Assembly (NCBI GenBank): GCA_023261845.1
Contig: JALNJZ010000006.1
Span: forward strand, 1-64,000
Length of the DNA stretch: 64,000 nt
Origin: Candidatus Terraquivivens tengchongensis
GTDB lineage: Archaea; Thermoproteota; Nitrososphaeria_A; Caldarchaeales; Wolframiiraptoraceae
Direction of reading: 5' to 3'
In this document: positions 1-9,035 of the stretch, in pieces
Layout: every line of letters begins with the position of its first letter
How positions within the stretch are numbered: position 1 is the first letter of the stretch
Notes under the pieces: generated by a model
Told to the model about the DNA's origin: nothing
The model's database searches: none
The model's input: the letters and a program-made list of their open reading frames with translations, nothing else
Translations under genes and position numbers: made by a program

Positions 1-24
1 ATGACGTCATGAACTTTTTCAAAT

Positions 25-993
25 CTTGCCGTCTTCTCTTCTATTTTTGAGTCATTGAATCCCACACACACAACAATTTGTCATGACGATAATAAGAAAA
101 GACTTGCCGTCTTCTCTTCTATTTTTGAGTCATTGAATCATGACCGCCTCGATTTTTCCTCCGAGAAGCTCACTAAATCTTGCCGTCTTCTCTTCTATTT
201 TTGAGTCATTGAATCTTAAAATTGAGAGTTTGAGCGCGGACCCGAGAAGCCGGTTCACCTTGCCGTCTTCTCTTCTATTTTTGAGTCATTGAATCTCTGA
301 TATCCACGCGTTCCACGGATGTCCGTCGGACTGGCCTTGCCGTCTTCTCTTCTATTTTTGAGTCATTGAATCTCCGAAAACATCAGTAGAAAGCTGCTTT
401 TCTACTATCTTGACTTGCCGTCTTCTCTTCTATTTTTGAGTCATTGAATCCACACATCTCTCCAGCTCCACCCCCTCAATGGATAATATTCACTTGCCGT
501 CTTCTCTTCTATTTTTGAGTCATTGAATCATCAACCTTTTCGAATGTTTTTTACGCGAGAAAGCATATCTTGCCGTCTTCTCTTCTATTTTTGAGTCATT
601 GAATCGAGCGTGAGCGAGCCATCCCCATCCGAGCCGTTCAGATCGCCTTGCCGTCTTCTCTTCTATTTTTGAGTCATTGAATCATAGTAAAAGCTGGCTC
701 AGCCCTGACCGACGAGATGACTGTCTTGCCGTCTTCTCTTCTATTTTTGAGTCATTGAATCTGAAGTGCGGGGAGGGGGTGTATACTATTATCTATTATA
801 GCTTGCCGTCTTCTCTTCTATTTTTGAGTCATTGAATCGAAAATGAGCGAATTGAGAAAAATGTCACATTTTCACTATATCTTGCCGTCTTCTCTTCTAT
901 TTTTGAGTCATTGAATCCGCAAAAAGAATAGTCAGCCTCACGAGACCTGTCGAAGACTTGCCGTCTTCTCTTCTATTTTTGAGTCATTGAATC
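25..993 (-). CRISPR. CRISPR array: 13 identical 37-bp repeats and 12 complete spacers (39-43 bp); continues beyond the left window edge
   Basis: Plus-strand repeat CTTGCCGTCTTCTCTTCTATTTTTGAGTCATTGAATC starts at 25, 103, 179, 259, 336, 414, 493, 569, 647, 725, 802, 881 and 957. The minus-strand repeat ends in ACGGCAAG, resembling Csm 5' tags such as ACGGAAAC. The leader is on the right, so the array is probably transcribed from the minus strand. Confidence 0.98.
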
Positions 994-1240
994 CCGGCTA
1001 CTTTTTTCCGGCTTTTTGGTTAAACAAGCTTTCTCCCGGCTTTTCTGGAAGGGTTTTCTCGATTATTGTCAAATTGTAATTGGATTTATAAGCATAATCG
1101 AGGGGCAGCAAGAGAGGTGGAATGTAGTCTCGGCTTCCTGTATCATCGGCTGGAAACTGGCTGCCGAGCGTTGAACAACGAATTTTCCAGCCGACTCATA
1201 AATTAGGCGACTCAAATAGCTAGCCCATTCCTTCAGCCCC
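994..1240 (-). promoter_or_regulatory. CRISPR leader with a TATA-like box
   Basis: Non-coding stretch between the last cas gene and the first repeat. Minus-strand CTTATAAA at ~1085-1092. Three CCGGCT(T-run) motifs within 50 bp of the first repeat. Confidence 0.65.
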
Positions 1241-2398
1241 CTACATGACGATTATCTGCCCACACCCATGGGGCTTATAGGACCCAACCGCATAATACTC
1301 TAAGGCTGCCAGACTTAACGCAAGATCCAAGTTCCTAACCTCGCATATAAAATCGAATACGGAGCCCGGCGAGATAGCCGCTTTAATCTCACGTCTTCTC
1401 CCGGTCTTTAAAGACCAGCCACCATAAACCTCATCATCTAAAGCATAATTCACCAATTTAATCTCAGGCAACGATGGCTTTCCCTTGTGGAAAGCCCAGC
1501 TGTACGCTCTCCTAGCACACTCTAGTAAACTGGACTCATCCAAATATTTTCCATCCAAAATCATCGGAGAAACAAGTCTAACCCTAAACCTCCTAGTATC
1601 AATATCTTCTGCACGCCTTTCCAAAATAGACATATCAACTTCCTCAACCCGCAAATCCTCGACGGCAACCTTACCTAAACCCCTGGACTTCGACCCACCA
1701 ATCCCCTCATCAGGCAAGGCCCTCCCAAGAACGTTTTTCAGCACGTCGACAGAATCGCCAAGATCCTCATGAACAATAATCTCAAAACCAAAGACACTTC
1801 CGCTTTGAATGACCTCCAAAGTATGAATCGTTCCGGCTTTTTCACCAGTAAGCGCTGAAACCTGTGCAGCCGAGCATAACATTCTGTCAACAGCCGTTAA
1901 AGTTATGCGAGAAATTCTAACAGGCACATGCTCAAAATCACCACAGGAATCGCACCTAAAACCCCGAAGGGGCTTTATTGTTCCGTGCTCCTTACAGGAT
2001 TCGCATACAGCGGGCGCGACAAAAGCATCGTAGATTCTCCCACACTGCGGATTACCACACTTATGAAGCGTCCTAGCAACAGGCCTAAACAATCCGCCAC
2101 ATTTCACATGTAACGGATACGCATACCTAAAGAAGACCTTAGAAGACTTACCAACCTCCTCACCAAACAACTGGGCATAGAGGCACTCATTGAAATATTG
2201 GCAGCTCTCATGCTGAACCAAAGGCCTATCAATCTTACAAACAGACCTCATCAATGAGAGGCCGACAGCCCCACGAAGAACCGCCCCAGGAATGAAAGGA
2301 TAACAATGCTTGATAACACCAGTCCTAGCGCCTGAACCTATATGTAACGGTGTAACAGCCCTCAAAATGCCCTTAATCTTATAGCAAAACACAACCAT
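1241..2398 (-). CDS. Type III RAMP protein, Cas7-Cas5 fusion (Csx10-like), with a Cys-rich insertion
   Basis: N-terminal RAMP motifs TPLHIG, IPGAVLRG and GIGGSKSRGLG. Second RAMP with RLVSPM, PGSVF and the C-terminal G-rich loop GSYKPHGCGQI. ATG at 2398 is preceded by GAGGG; the ORF track starts at TTG 2413. Confidence 0.85.
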   Translation of the reverse strand: MVVFCYKIKGILRAVTPLHIGSGARTGVIKHCYPFIPGAVLRGAVGLSLMRSVCKIDRPLVQHESCQYFNECLYAQLFGEEVGKSSKVFFRYAYPLHVKCGGLFRPVARTLHKCGNPQCGRIYDAFVAPAVCESCKEHGTIKPLRGFRCDSCGDFEHVPVRISRITLTAVDRMLCSAAQVSALTGEKAGTIHTLEVIQSGSVFGFEIIVHEDLGDSVDVLKNVLGRALPDEGIGGSKSRGLGKVAVEDLRVEEVDMSILERRAEDIDTRRFRVRLVSPMILDGKYLDESSLLECARRAYSWAFHKGKPSLPEIKLVNYALDDEVYGGWSLKTGRRREIKAAISPGSVFDFICEVRNLDLALSLAALEYYAVGSYKPHGCGQIIVM

Positions 2399-2413
2399 CG
2401 CATAGACCCTCAA

Positions 2414-3118
2414 CTACACCATAAGCCAGCGCTTAGCATCTTCTCCAGAGACGACCTTCTCGCCCTCAACACCAAGATAATAGCCAGCTGTCCGCTCCCT
2501 AACACAATCAATAGTAATTTTCACTTTACCGAAGCCGCGGGTTGAAGAGCCGCCTAAAGCAGAATCCTCAACAGACTTTAAGGCAGCCTTCAAAAGCTTG
2601 AGCTCATCGTCAGACAGATTATCAGCCACAATCTCCAAGCCAAACTTTGCCCCGGCTGGAACAGCCTCAATTGTATACAACGCATGTTTAGCAACAGCCC
2701 CTGTCCCACGGTTAATCGCTATTCCAGTCCTCTCAAGAAGCCTTTCAACGTTTTCAAGTGGATAAGCATCCCTAAACTTAATTTTACTCGCTAACGATAT
2801 TTTGCCAGCAGTCCCAAAAATCTTACAGCAGATACAGAAATCTTCTACTCGACTCTTTTTTGAACCACACATGTTATCTACGTTCGGCGGTTCACAAATA
2901 TCCATACCCATCTTCCGCGCAATCCTCTCAGCCTCAGTTCTAACACGCCCTTTCAACGATGAGCCTGGAATATAGGGTTGGCCTCTAGGGTCCCTGAGAA
3001 CTGGCAGATCTACCTCACCTATTTCAACGTCTAATTTGCCAGAGCCTATATGTAGCGGCGTAATAGCCTCCAAAGTCCCCGAAATTATTATCCGCCTTTC
3101 CAGCTTTTCAAAAACCAG
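2414..3118 (-). CDS. csm3: Type III Cas7 backbone subunit (Csm3-like)
   Basis: TPLHIGSG, EVDLPVLRD (catalytic Asp position), PYIPGSSLKG, CxxC, LGGSSTRGFG. The frame is open to a CTG at 3118 that lies behind a GGAGGTGA Shine-Dalgarno. Confidence 0.93.
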   Translation of the reverse strand: MVFEKLERRIIISGTLEAITPLHIGSGKLDVEIGEVDLPVLRDPRGQPYIPGSSLKGRVRTEAERIARKMGMDICEPPNVDNMCGSKKSRVEDFCICCKIFGTAGKISLASKIKFRDAYPLENVERLLERTGIAINRGTGAVAKHALYTIEAVPAGAKFGLEIVADNLSDDELKLLKAALKSVEDSALGGSSTRGFGKVKITIDCVRERTAGYYLGVEGEKVVSGEDAKRWLMV

Positions 3119-3140
3119 CCTTTTTCACCTCCTTCTTTAC

Positions 3141-3674
3141 TCAATATTCAATCCATATCTTTAGATTTAAATTTGCAAGCTCACCTATGCCCTTTAGAGC
3201 ATGCTCAATCTCCATAGCCAATGGCTTTGGAGGACCATGTAAACCCTTAACTCTAATCTTCATTTCAAGGTCTTTGCCATATAAATTCATTGAAACGCCG
3301 CCATATGTGAGGCCGTGCCTCTCAACAATATTCTTAATCGTTTTTTCACAAGCAGCCTTTAACTTTAATGTTGGCTCCTTTTCGAAATAATCATACAACA
3401 TGTTAGCGTAGAGCAGAACCCTCTCAAGCGAAACCCTATCATTAGCATACTTCTGACACAAATCAAGAATCTTTAAGAAGCCATTAAGGCCACGAACCTC
3501 ACGCCCAATCTGCCTTTTAATATAGGCCTCAACAAACGGCAACGGATTAGTTCTAACGAGCTTATAGAGTGTCTGAAGTTGTTTAGCACCCATGCCAGAA
3601 TCAACAGCTATCTTAGCTAGCCCCTCTCCCTCTAGCTTTAGCTCCCTTTCTCTTTCTTCTAACATTTTAGCCAC
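3141..3674 (-). CDS. Putative type III small subunit (Cas11/Csm2-like) with an extra C-terminal domain
   Basis: Helical N-terminal ~100 aa with QL..LY and YIKRQIGR patterns. Located between cas10 and cas7, overlapping the cas10 stop. Confidence 0.65.
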   Translation of the reverse strand: MAKMLEERERELKLEGEGLAKIAVDSGMGAKQLQTLYKLVRTNPLPFVEAYIKRQIGREVRGLNGFLKILDLCQKYANDRVSLERVLLYANMLYDYFEKEPTLKLKAACEKTIKNIVERHGLTYGGVSMNLYGKDLEMKIRVKGLHGPPKPLAMEIEHALKGIGELANLNLKIWIEY

Positions 3675-5574
3675 CTCCTTTAAATAAATTGTAAACCATA
3701 AAAGCTTTCACAAGAAGACCAGAATTAAGATATGAAAGCAATCTCTCCCCATATTTCCAATCAATAATCTCTCTCCCCATAGAATATTGAATCAAGGCCT
3801 CAGCCTTAACTGGGTTTTTACAGGCAATCTCAACTATGCGCCTAATCTGCGAAGAGGGAACATCAGCCTTACTCATAAAACCTATGATTTCAAGCAGAGT
3901 ATCCATTTTAGACCACTCCATAGAATCAACTTCATCAAGTTCGCTAGGGGTTATCCCTGTTCCCCCAATAGCAGCAAAGGCAACCCTATTTTTTCCCTTA
4001 CTTTTAGCCTTAGAAAGCAAGTAATTAGCAGACTCAACCCCAACATAGACAGGCATCTTATAGTGGAAGAAGGCAATCCCAGCCGACATAGTGCATTCAT
4101 CAGCCATCTCGTCTCTAAACTTCAGGTAAACCTTTTTAGCGGCTTCCAAAGCACGCTCCCCTGGAACAAAAGCCAAGAGATCGTCTCCGCCAGCATAAAC
4201 AACTCTACCCTTAAACTCGCCTATAATCTTTTTAAACTCCCCCTCACAAGTCTTATGAAGCAAGTTGCTCAGCGTCGATATTCTCGAAGGTGTGCTGGCC
4301 TTCCCAGCCTTTTTAAACCCAGCTCCTGACATGAAAAATCCAATATTATCTCCATCAGCCTTAATGCACGCAACAAAATCAGACTCGCCTCTTATATCTT
4401 CCAGCCATACGCCCTTTCCCTTCTCTCTCAATTCTCGGCATTCATCACATAACCTTTCAGGTCTAGGCGAGGCATCATATGGCAAAATTCTTTCTTTATC
4501 TTCGCTACTCCAAGTCTTAGCTCTACATACGTCACACGTCTCAGCCCCCTCAGGTAAAGACACTTGCCGTACTGGAATACGTTTACTTTTTTCAACCCGC
4601 AAATTCAGTTGAGCTTTCTCCCAAACAGAACCAAAGTCTCCGCGAATTTCCTCACCTCCAGCTTTAACATAGCTGACAGTAATTGTAATTCTGCCACCGC
4701 TCACCTCCTCAAAACTCTTCTTAACGCCTTCTAAAGCAGCTTGAACTTTATCTAACGGGCATAAAGCCAAAATGCTCCCACCAGCAGCAAACAGGACACA
4801 TTCAGGCCCAAGAAGATCCACTAGAAAATTCTTTGCAGTCTCCGTTGCCTCTTTAACTAAATCGCTCCTAGCCCTTAAGTCTGGAAGGCGCAGGGACTCG
4901 CCTATAAACTTGGATATTTTATCTGCATCACCACTTAGGAGTGCAAACTCGTAGTTCTCGGCATCTCTCCCCCTCCAGCCGCTCAAATAGATACATGTGG
5001 CAAAAGCGGCCGTTAATTTCATATGATCCCAAAGGGAAACGTCGTTAATGGGACTTCTTGTATCCGCGGGAACAAGGCGTAGCTTAGATTCCCTCTCAAG
5101 AAAATCGAAGATTTTTAGATATGTTTCCTTAGGCTTTTCATAGAAATTGCTAGCGATAGATTTTAAGTTTCTAAGAGTTTCATGATAAATGTAGGTTAGA
5201 TTATGGGCATCAAGCTTACACCTAATACGATCCTTTGACAAAACATGACTCAGTTCTACTGACGGAGATGGCAACGGTGCCCCACGCTCTGGCTCCTCAC
5301 GTCTATCGGCACCAGAAGCAAAATTATCAGCCAAGCAAACTATCTCCTCAACTGAGCTCTTAGGATACCATTCACCTGGATAATACTGACTAAAGTGGTG
5401 GCGCATAGCATGAAGGGCAATATCCTCGCCTAAACATTCCCTAACAAACTCGTACGTATAACGAACATGATCACTCCAAGGTCTCCCCTCAGCCCAGCAC
5501 TCCAGCTTGCCAATATCATGGAGCAAGGCCGATACACGTAAAATATCGAGCTCACTCAAAACGTTCACACTCAA
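3667..5574 (-). CDS. cas10: Cas10 (Csm1-like) with HD nuclease and intact GGDD palm
   Basis: ALLHDIGK...HH...ADN (HD domain), SLWDHMKLTAA, CDVC/CDEC zinc finger, KADGDNIG, YAGGDDLL. Confidence 0.95.
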   Translation of the reverse strand: MSVNVLSELDILRVSALLHDIGKLECWAEGRPWSDHVRYTYEFVRECLGEDIALHAMRHHFSQYYPGEWYPKSSVEEIVCLADNFASGADRREEPERGAPLPSPSVELSHVLSKDRIRCKLDAHNLTYIYHETLRNLKSIASNFYEKPKETYLKIFDFLERESKLRLVPADTRSPINDVSLWDHMKLTAAFATCIYLSGWRGRDAENYEFALLSGDADKISKFIGESLRLPDLRARSDLVKEATETAKNFLVDLLGPECVLFAAGGSILALCPLDKVQAALEGVKKSFEEVSGGRITITVSYVKAGGEEIRGDFGSVWEKAQLNLRVEKSKRIPVRQVSLPEGAETCDVCRAKTWSSEDKERILPYDASPRPERLCDECRELREKGKGVWLEDIRGESDFVACIKADGDNIGFFMSGAGFKKAGKASTPSRISTLSNLLHKTCEGEFKKIIGEFKGRVVYAGGDDLLAFVPGERALEAAKKVYLKFRDEMADECTMSAGIAFFHYKMPVYVGVESANYLLSKAKSKGKNRVAFAAIGGTGITPSELDEVDSMEWSKMDTLLEIIGFMSKADVPSSQIRRIVEIACKNPVKAEALIQYSMGREIIDWKYGERLLSYLNSGLLVKAFMVYNLFKGGG

Positions 5575-5601
5575 AATATTATTATTTTTCGCTAAAAAGG
5601 G

Positions 5602-5610
5602 TATAAAATA
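5602..5610 (-). promoter_or_regulatory. TATA box of the cas operon
   Basis: Minus-strand TTTTATA ends 28 nt upstream of the cas10 start, which fits a leaderless transcript. Confidence 0.55.
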
Positions 5611-5709
5611 CTATCGATTCTCTTCTTTCAGCGAGAAAACTTGAGAGGGGCGCTACATGTTCTAATAAAATTATAGCCTAGAAATCTTTAAAATCGAATT
5701 CGTCCGGTT

Positions 5710-6062
5710 ATGCCTAAGTGGTACATGGTAAGAAGCTTACACTTACAAATCAAATACTTGGCTAGGAACGAGAAGGGCCAGCGCGACGAGATAGTCGCCT
5801 ATGCAGGCGTCGAGCCTGAGGCTATGTCTAGAAAGACGAGGGGTCCTAAAAAGCCTCAGCCTTTTAAGGAGCGATAGGGGACGGCTACAGGTTCACGGTG
5901 AAAGGTGTACGGTTATTCAAGAAGTGGTTGCCAGCATGGCGGGGTAAGCGAAAGGAGACCTCCAGCAGTGTAGTGAAAGCCTTAAAAGCGATAAAGGGGC
6001 TGAAGGACGGGAAGTGTATCACAGAAGGGTTGGGTAAACTGAAAACCGGAACAGGCATATAG
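5710..6062 (+). pseudogene. Frameshifted winged helix-turn-helix protein
   Basis: Removing one G from GGGG at 5840-5843 joins RDEIVAYAGVEPEAMSRKTR to VLKSLSLLRSDRDGYRFTVKG, a typical wHTH helix-plus-wing pattern. Confidence 0.45.
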
Positions 6063-6328
6063 AATCCGGGCTCAGGACTCCGTGAATCATGCGGAGAAGA
6101 GGTTTCGGAAAGGTACGTAGCGAGGACTAAATGGGATATTGGATTCTTCTGCAGAGTATGCATGAACGAATGGATAGCATAAGCTCGGATGTTAAGAGTG
6201 TTACGAGTTAATTTTCGAGTTTTAGGAGACTGAATTGAAGGTTGAATGCTAGCTATCAAATAAATGCTTCGATGTAAGCGTTCAAAGAATGCTCGAGGAA
6301 GAGCTAAAGAGGCTTAAGAACACTATCG

Positions 6329-7579
6329 CTACGAGTGCATGTATTCCCTCAATAAAGGAAGACATTCCTTTATTAGATGACCGCAACGCTGTCTTATCGA
6401 TCCGTCCTCATCGTTTAGGTACGCTTCACCTATCACCGTTATTAACTTACATAACTCCTTCATCATATCCTTCAGCTCAGCTATCTCGGAATTTTTCTTT
6501 TCGTCGAGCTCCAGGGCCACCTTTAGGTCCAAAGGTGCTCCGCACCTTCTGCAGAAGCTTATGCCAGGTGAGTTCTGTTCCTTACACCTTTGACATATTA
6601 TAAGCCTGAATTCCTTAACCTCCAGATCCTCCTCGATGGGCATCCCGCTTGCCCTTAACAAGGCTTTATCAAGATCCCTGCCGCTAAGATGTACGTATAC
6701 AGCAGCCATCTCAGAGTCTTGCTTCCAACCAAAGTACTCCTTCATCTGGGCCTCCGTAAGTATATTGGCCAGATGACTTGCCCTAGAATGTCTGAATAGA
6801 TGCGGATATATGTGCTTCTTTATTCCTGCTCTCTTTGCTAACGTCTTCAACATTTTTGCTGCAGCAGGATAGTCCAAAGGCTTAAGGTAGTTCTTCGTCC
6901 ACAATCCTATCCAGAGCGGCGCATCGGGATCATTGCGCAAAGGATGGTTATCTAGCCATTCTGCCAGCATGGGCGCTGAAGCTACTATCCTTATCCTTCT
7001 CATACCAGTCTTTCCGCTTACGATGATAGCAGCACCATATTCATCAAACGTTACGTTCTTGATCTTTAAGCCAAGCATCTCGCCTATTCGGGCACCAGAT
7101 TCATAAAGCACTAGGACAAAGGCCTTATCCCTAAGGTTTGTAGCCTTGCTTGCCATGAGCTTTACTTCCTCCTCGGTGAGGAGCTCTTCAGGAAGCTTGC
7201 ATTTTCCATAGCTCTTTATCTTAATCCAGCTAACCTCAGGCGGATTATCATTATCTCTTAACCATTTGTAAAATCTCCTGACCGCAACTTTGTAATCGTG
7301 CTTAGTCCAGTCGCTGTACCCTTTCTCTTCGAGGCTGGACAATGCAGCGCGTACATCAGATTCATTAACTTTGTCAAGAGCCTTCTTAACGATGCGTGCA
7401 AAGCTTACCATATGATGGGTGTATTTTATCATCCTTAATGGGCCTATACCTTCAGAGCGGAGAAAGCCAATGAAAGACCTTATGAGAGCTGCATTTCTCT
7501 TTCCGACCCGGTCCTCGAGTTTATCCAGTACAATCTTTAACCTATCTTCATGGCTGCGATGCTTACGTCCTTTATCCAT
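6329..7579 (-). CDS. Tyrosine recombinase/integrase with a C-terminal zinc ribbon
   Basis: SGARIGE, HLFRHSR and YVHLS catalytic motifs; CQRC/CRRC ribbon. Starts ~60 bp downstream of the tRNA-Thr 3' end (ORF track start 7624). Confidence 0.93.
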   Translation of the reverse strand: MDKGRKHRSHEDRLKIVLDKLEDRVGKRNAALIRSFIGFLRSEGIGPLRMIKYTHHMVSFARIVKKALDKVNESDVRAALSSLEEKGYSDWTKHDYKVAVRRFYKWLRDNDNPPEVSWIKIKSYGKCKLPEELLTEEEVKLMASKATNLRDKAFVLVLYESGARIGEMLGLKIKNVTFDEYGAAIIVSGKTGMRRIRIVASAPMLAEWLDNHPLRNDPDAPLWIGLWTKNYLKPLDYPAAAKMLKTLAKRAGIKKHIYPHLFRHSRASHLANILTEAQMKEYFGWKQDSEMAAVYVHLSGRDLDKALLRASGMPIEEDLEVKEFRLIICQRCKEQNSPGISFCRRCGAPLDLKVALELDEKKNSEIAELKDMMKELCKLITVIGEAYLNDEDGSIRQRCGHLIKECLPLLREYMHS

Positions 7580-7640
7580 TCTAATGGAGCAGTCCGCTTT
7601 TGCGTTATTTAATGCTAGCGGCATTTGAACTCAATTTAAG

Positions 7641-7713
7641 AGCCTCGGGCGGGATTCGAACCCGCGACCGCCGGCTTACCAAGCCGGCGCCCCGCCAGCT
7701 AGGCTACCGAGGC
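7641..7713 (-). tRNA. tRNA-Thr(GGT)
   Basis: GCCTCGG acceptor stem, CCGGC-TT-GGT-AA-GCCGG anticodon arm, GGTTCGAATCC T-arm. No intron. Confidence 0.95.
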
Positions 7714-7803
7714 CACCATAAAAAGCAGGGTCGAAAATTATTAGTTTTATCGTTGATACCACAAAAACAATTTATAAATGTGCTGAAGTAAAAAGCTTAT
7801 TCA

Positions 7804-7928
7804 GGGGGCGTGGCCCAGAGGAGCAGCATTCTCCGGGGAGCAAGGTCTACGGCGCCGGGCTCCAGATCTCATGAAACGAGTCGGATGCAGAGACCCGGAG
7901 ACCGCCGGTTCGAATCCGGCCGCCCCCA
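7804..7928 (+). tRNA. tRNA-Trp(CCA) with two introns (D-arm ~7819-7840; anticodon loop ~7866-7892)
   Basis: GGGGGCG/CGCCCCC-A acceptor stem, CCGGG-CT-CCA...CCCGG anticodon arm, GGTTCGAATCC T-arm. Removing the 22-nt and 27-nt inserts restores a normal cloverleaf. Confidence 0.85.
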
Positions 7929-7989
7929 TTTTGCTATTATGTTGAAGAATTCATGCAGTAAAATTCGAAAGGTGTGATCGCCACACTTA

Positions 7990-8796
7990 TTAGAACTGCA
8001 GCACCAATCTTATAGCGACGAGTAAGAGCGTAAGACCTAGTAACCTCTTGATCTTCACGTCGCCTATACGGTTGGATATACGCGCACCCACTTGGGCACC
8101 AAATATGCCACCTAAGCCTAAGAGAACGGCATACTCAAAGTATATGTTGTTTAACGCGGAATGTGTAAGGGAGCCGAATAGCGTTGTGAACACGAGTATA
8201 AAATGCGATGTGGCAGTTGCAACGTGGACAGGTATGTCGAGTACGTGTATCATGATGGGGACGTGTAGCACGCCACCGCCAATACCGAAGATGCTGGATG
8301 CAAAACCTGCTATGAAGCTCGTTACGAGTCCTAAGGGCACGTTAACAGAATATATGTAGACCTTGCCATTGGAATCGACTATCTTCCTTCCATATCCTCC
8401 AGTCTTTACGGTGCTGGACTGACCTGTATGTTTGAGTAGAAGGTAAAGCGATGCCCAAACCAAAAGGGCCGCAAAGATTAACCTAAACGTGAAGGACCCA
8501 AGATATCCTGCCGAATACGCACCTAAGATCGCGCCTGGAATCGTAGGAATCGTGAGTATGAGTCCAAGCCTAACATCGACCCTTCTTAACCTCAAGTATG
8601 AAATGCTTCCGGAAAGAACGTTTAAGAAAACGAAAAACAAGCTCGTCCCGACAGCCACTTTAGGCTCGAAGCCGTATAGCAATATCAGAGTTGGAACAAG
8701 ATACACTCCGCCACCTATTCCTATCAGCGTCCCCAATCCGCCTATCCCGAAACCAAGAGCTATTAGTACCAGACCCTCGTACCACAACATTCTCAA
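7990..8796 (-). CDS. Sulfite exporter TauE/SafE family membrane protein
   Basis: Duplicated GIGGG...VP motifs, AVGTSL/ATATSH, hydrophobic helices. Confidence 0.9.
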   Translation of the reverse strand: MRMLWYEGLVLIALGFGIGGLGTLIGIGGGVYLVPTLILLYGFEPKVAVGTSLFFVFLNVLSGSISYLRLRRVDVRLGLILTIPTIPGAILGAYSAGYLGSFTFRLIFAALLVWASLYLLLKHTGQSSTVKTGGYGRKIVDSNGKVYIYSVNVPLGLVTSFIAGFASSIFGIGGGVLHVPIMIHVLDIPVHVATATSHFILVFTTLFGSLTHSALNNIYFEYAVLLGLGGIFGAQVGARISNRIGDVKIKRLLGLTLLLVAIRLVLQF

Positions 8797-9035
8797 ACAC
8801 CTAAAACTTCACATGTGCGACGGGTGAAAAAGGGACTCCGTTTTTCTTTGTCCAACATGATCGCCTTGTTATTTACGGCAATCTTGATAATGATTTAAAT
8901 ATATCTTCAGGCGGGATAAAATTTTGAACATTAAGACGGTAAAATAGCGAATATATGTGAGCTTGTATGCCTCAGAGAACGTCCGCAAACCTTAAAAACA
9001 AGATGTGGTCGTAGTTTTCAATACGGTGGGTTAAT

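Noticed and set aside
62-956. Self-targeting spacers
   Set aside because: No match to the rest of the window was noticed by eye; this was not an exhaustive search.
5885-6259. 124-aa minus-strand ORF between cas10 and the integrase
   Set aside because: No recognisable motifs and atypical composition; the opposite strand gives a more protein-like, frameshifted wHTH.
5575-6328. Second att copy of tRNA-Thr
   Set aside because: Only a 6-bp AGCCTC match at ~5852, too short to be meaningful.
7860-7898. Reading the second tRNA as tRNA-Cys via the GCA in the insert
   Set aside because: It would need a 9-nt anticodon loop; the acceptor stem and A discriminator fit Trp.
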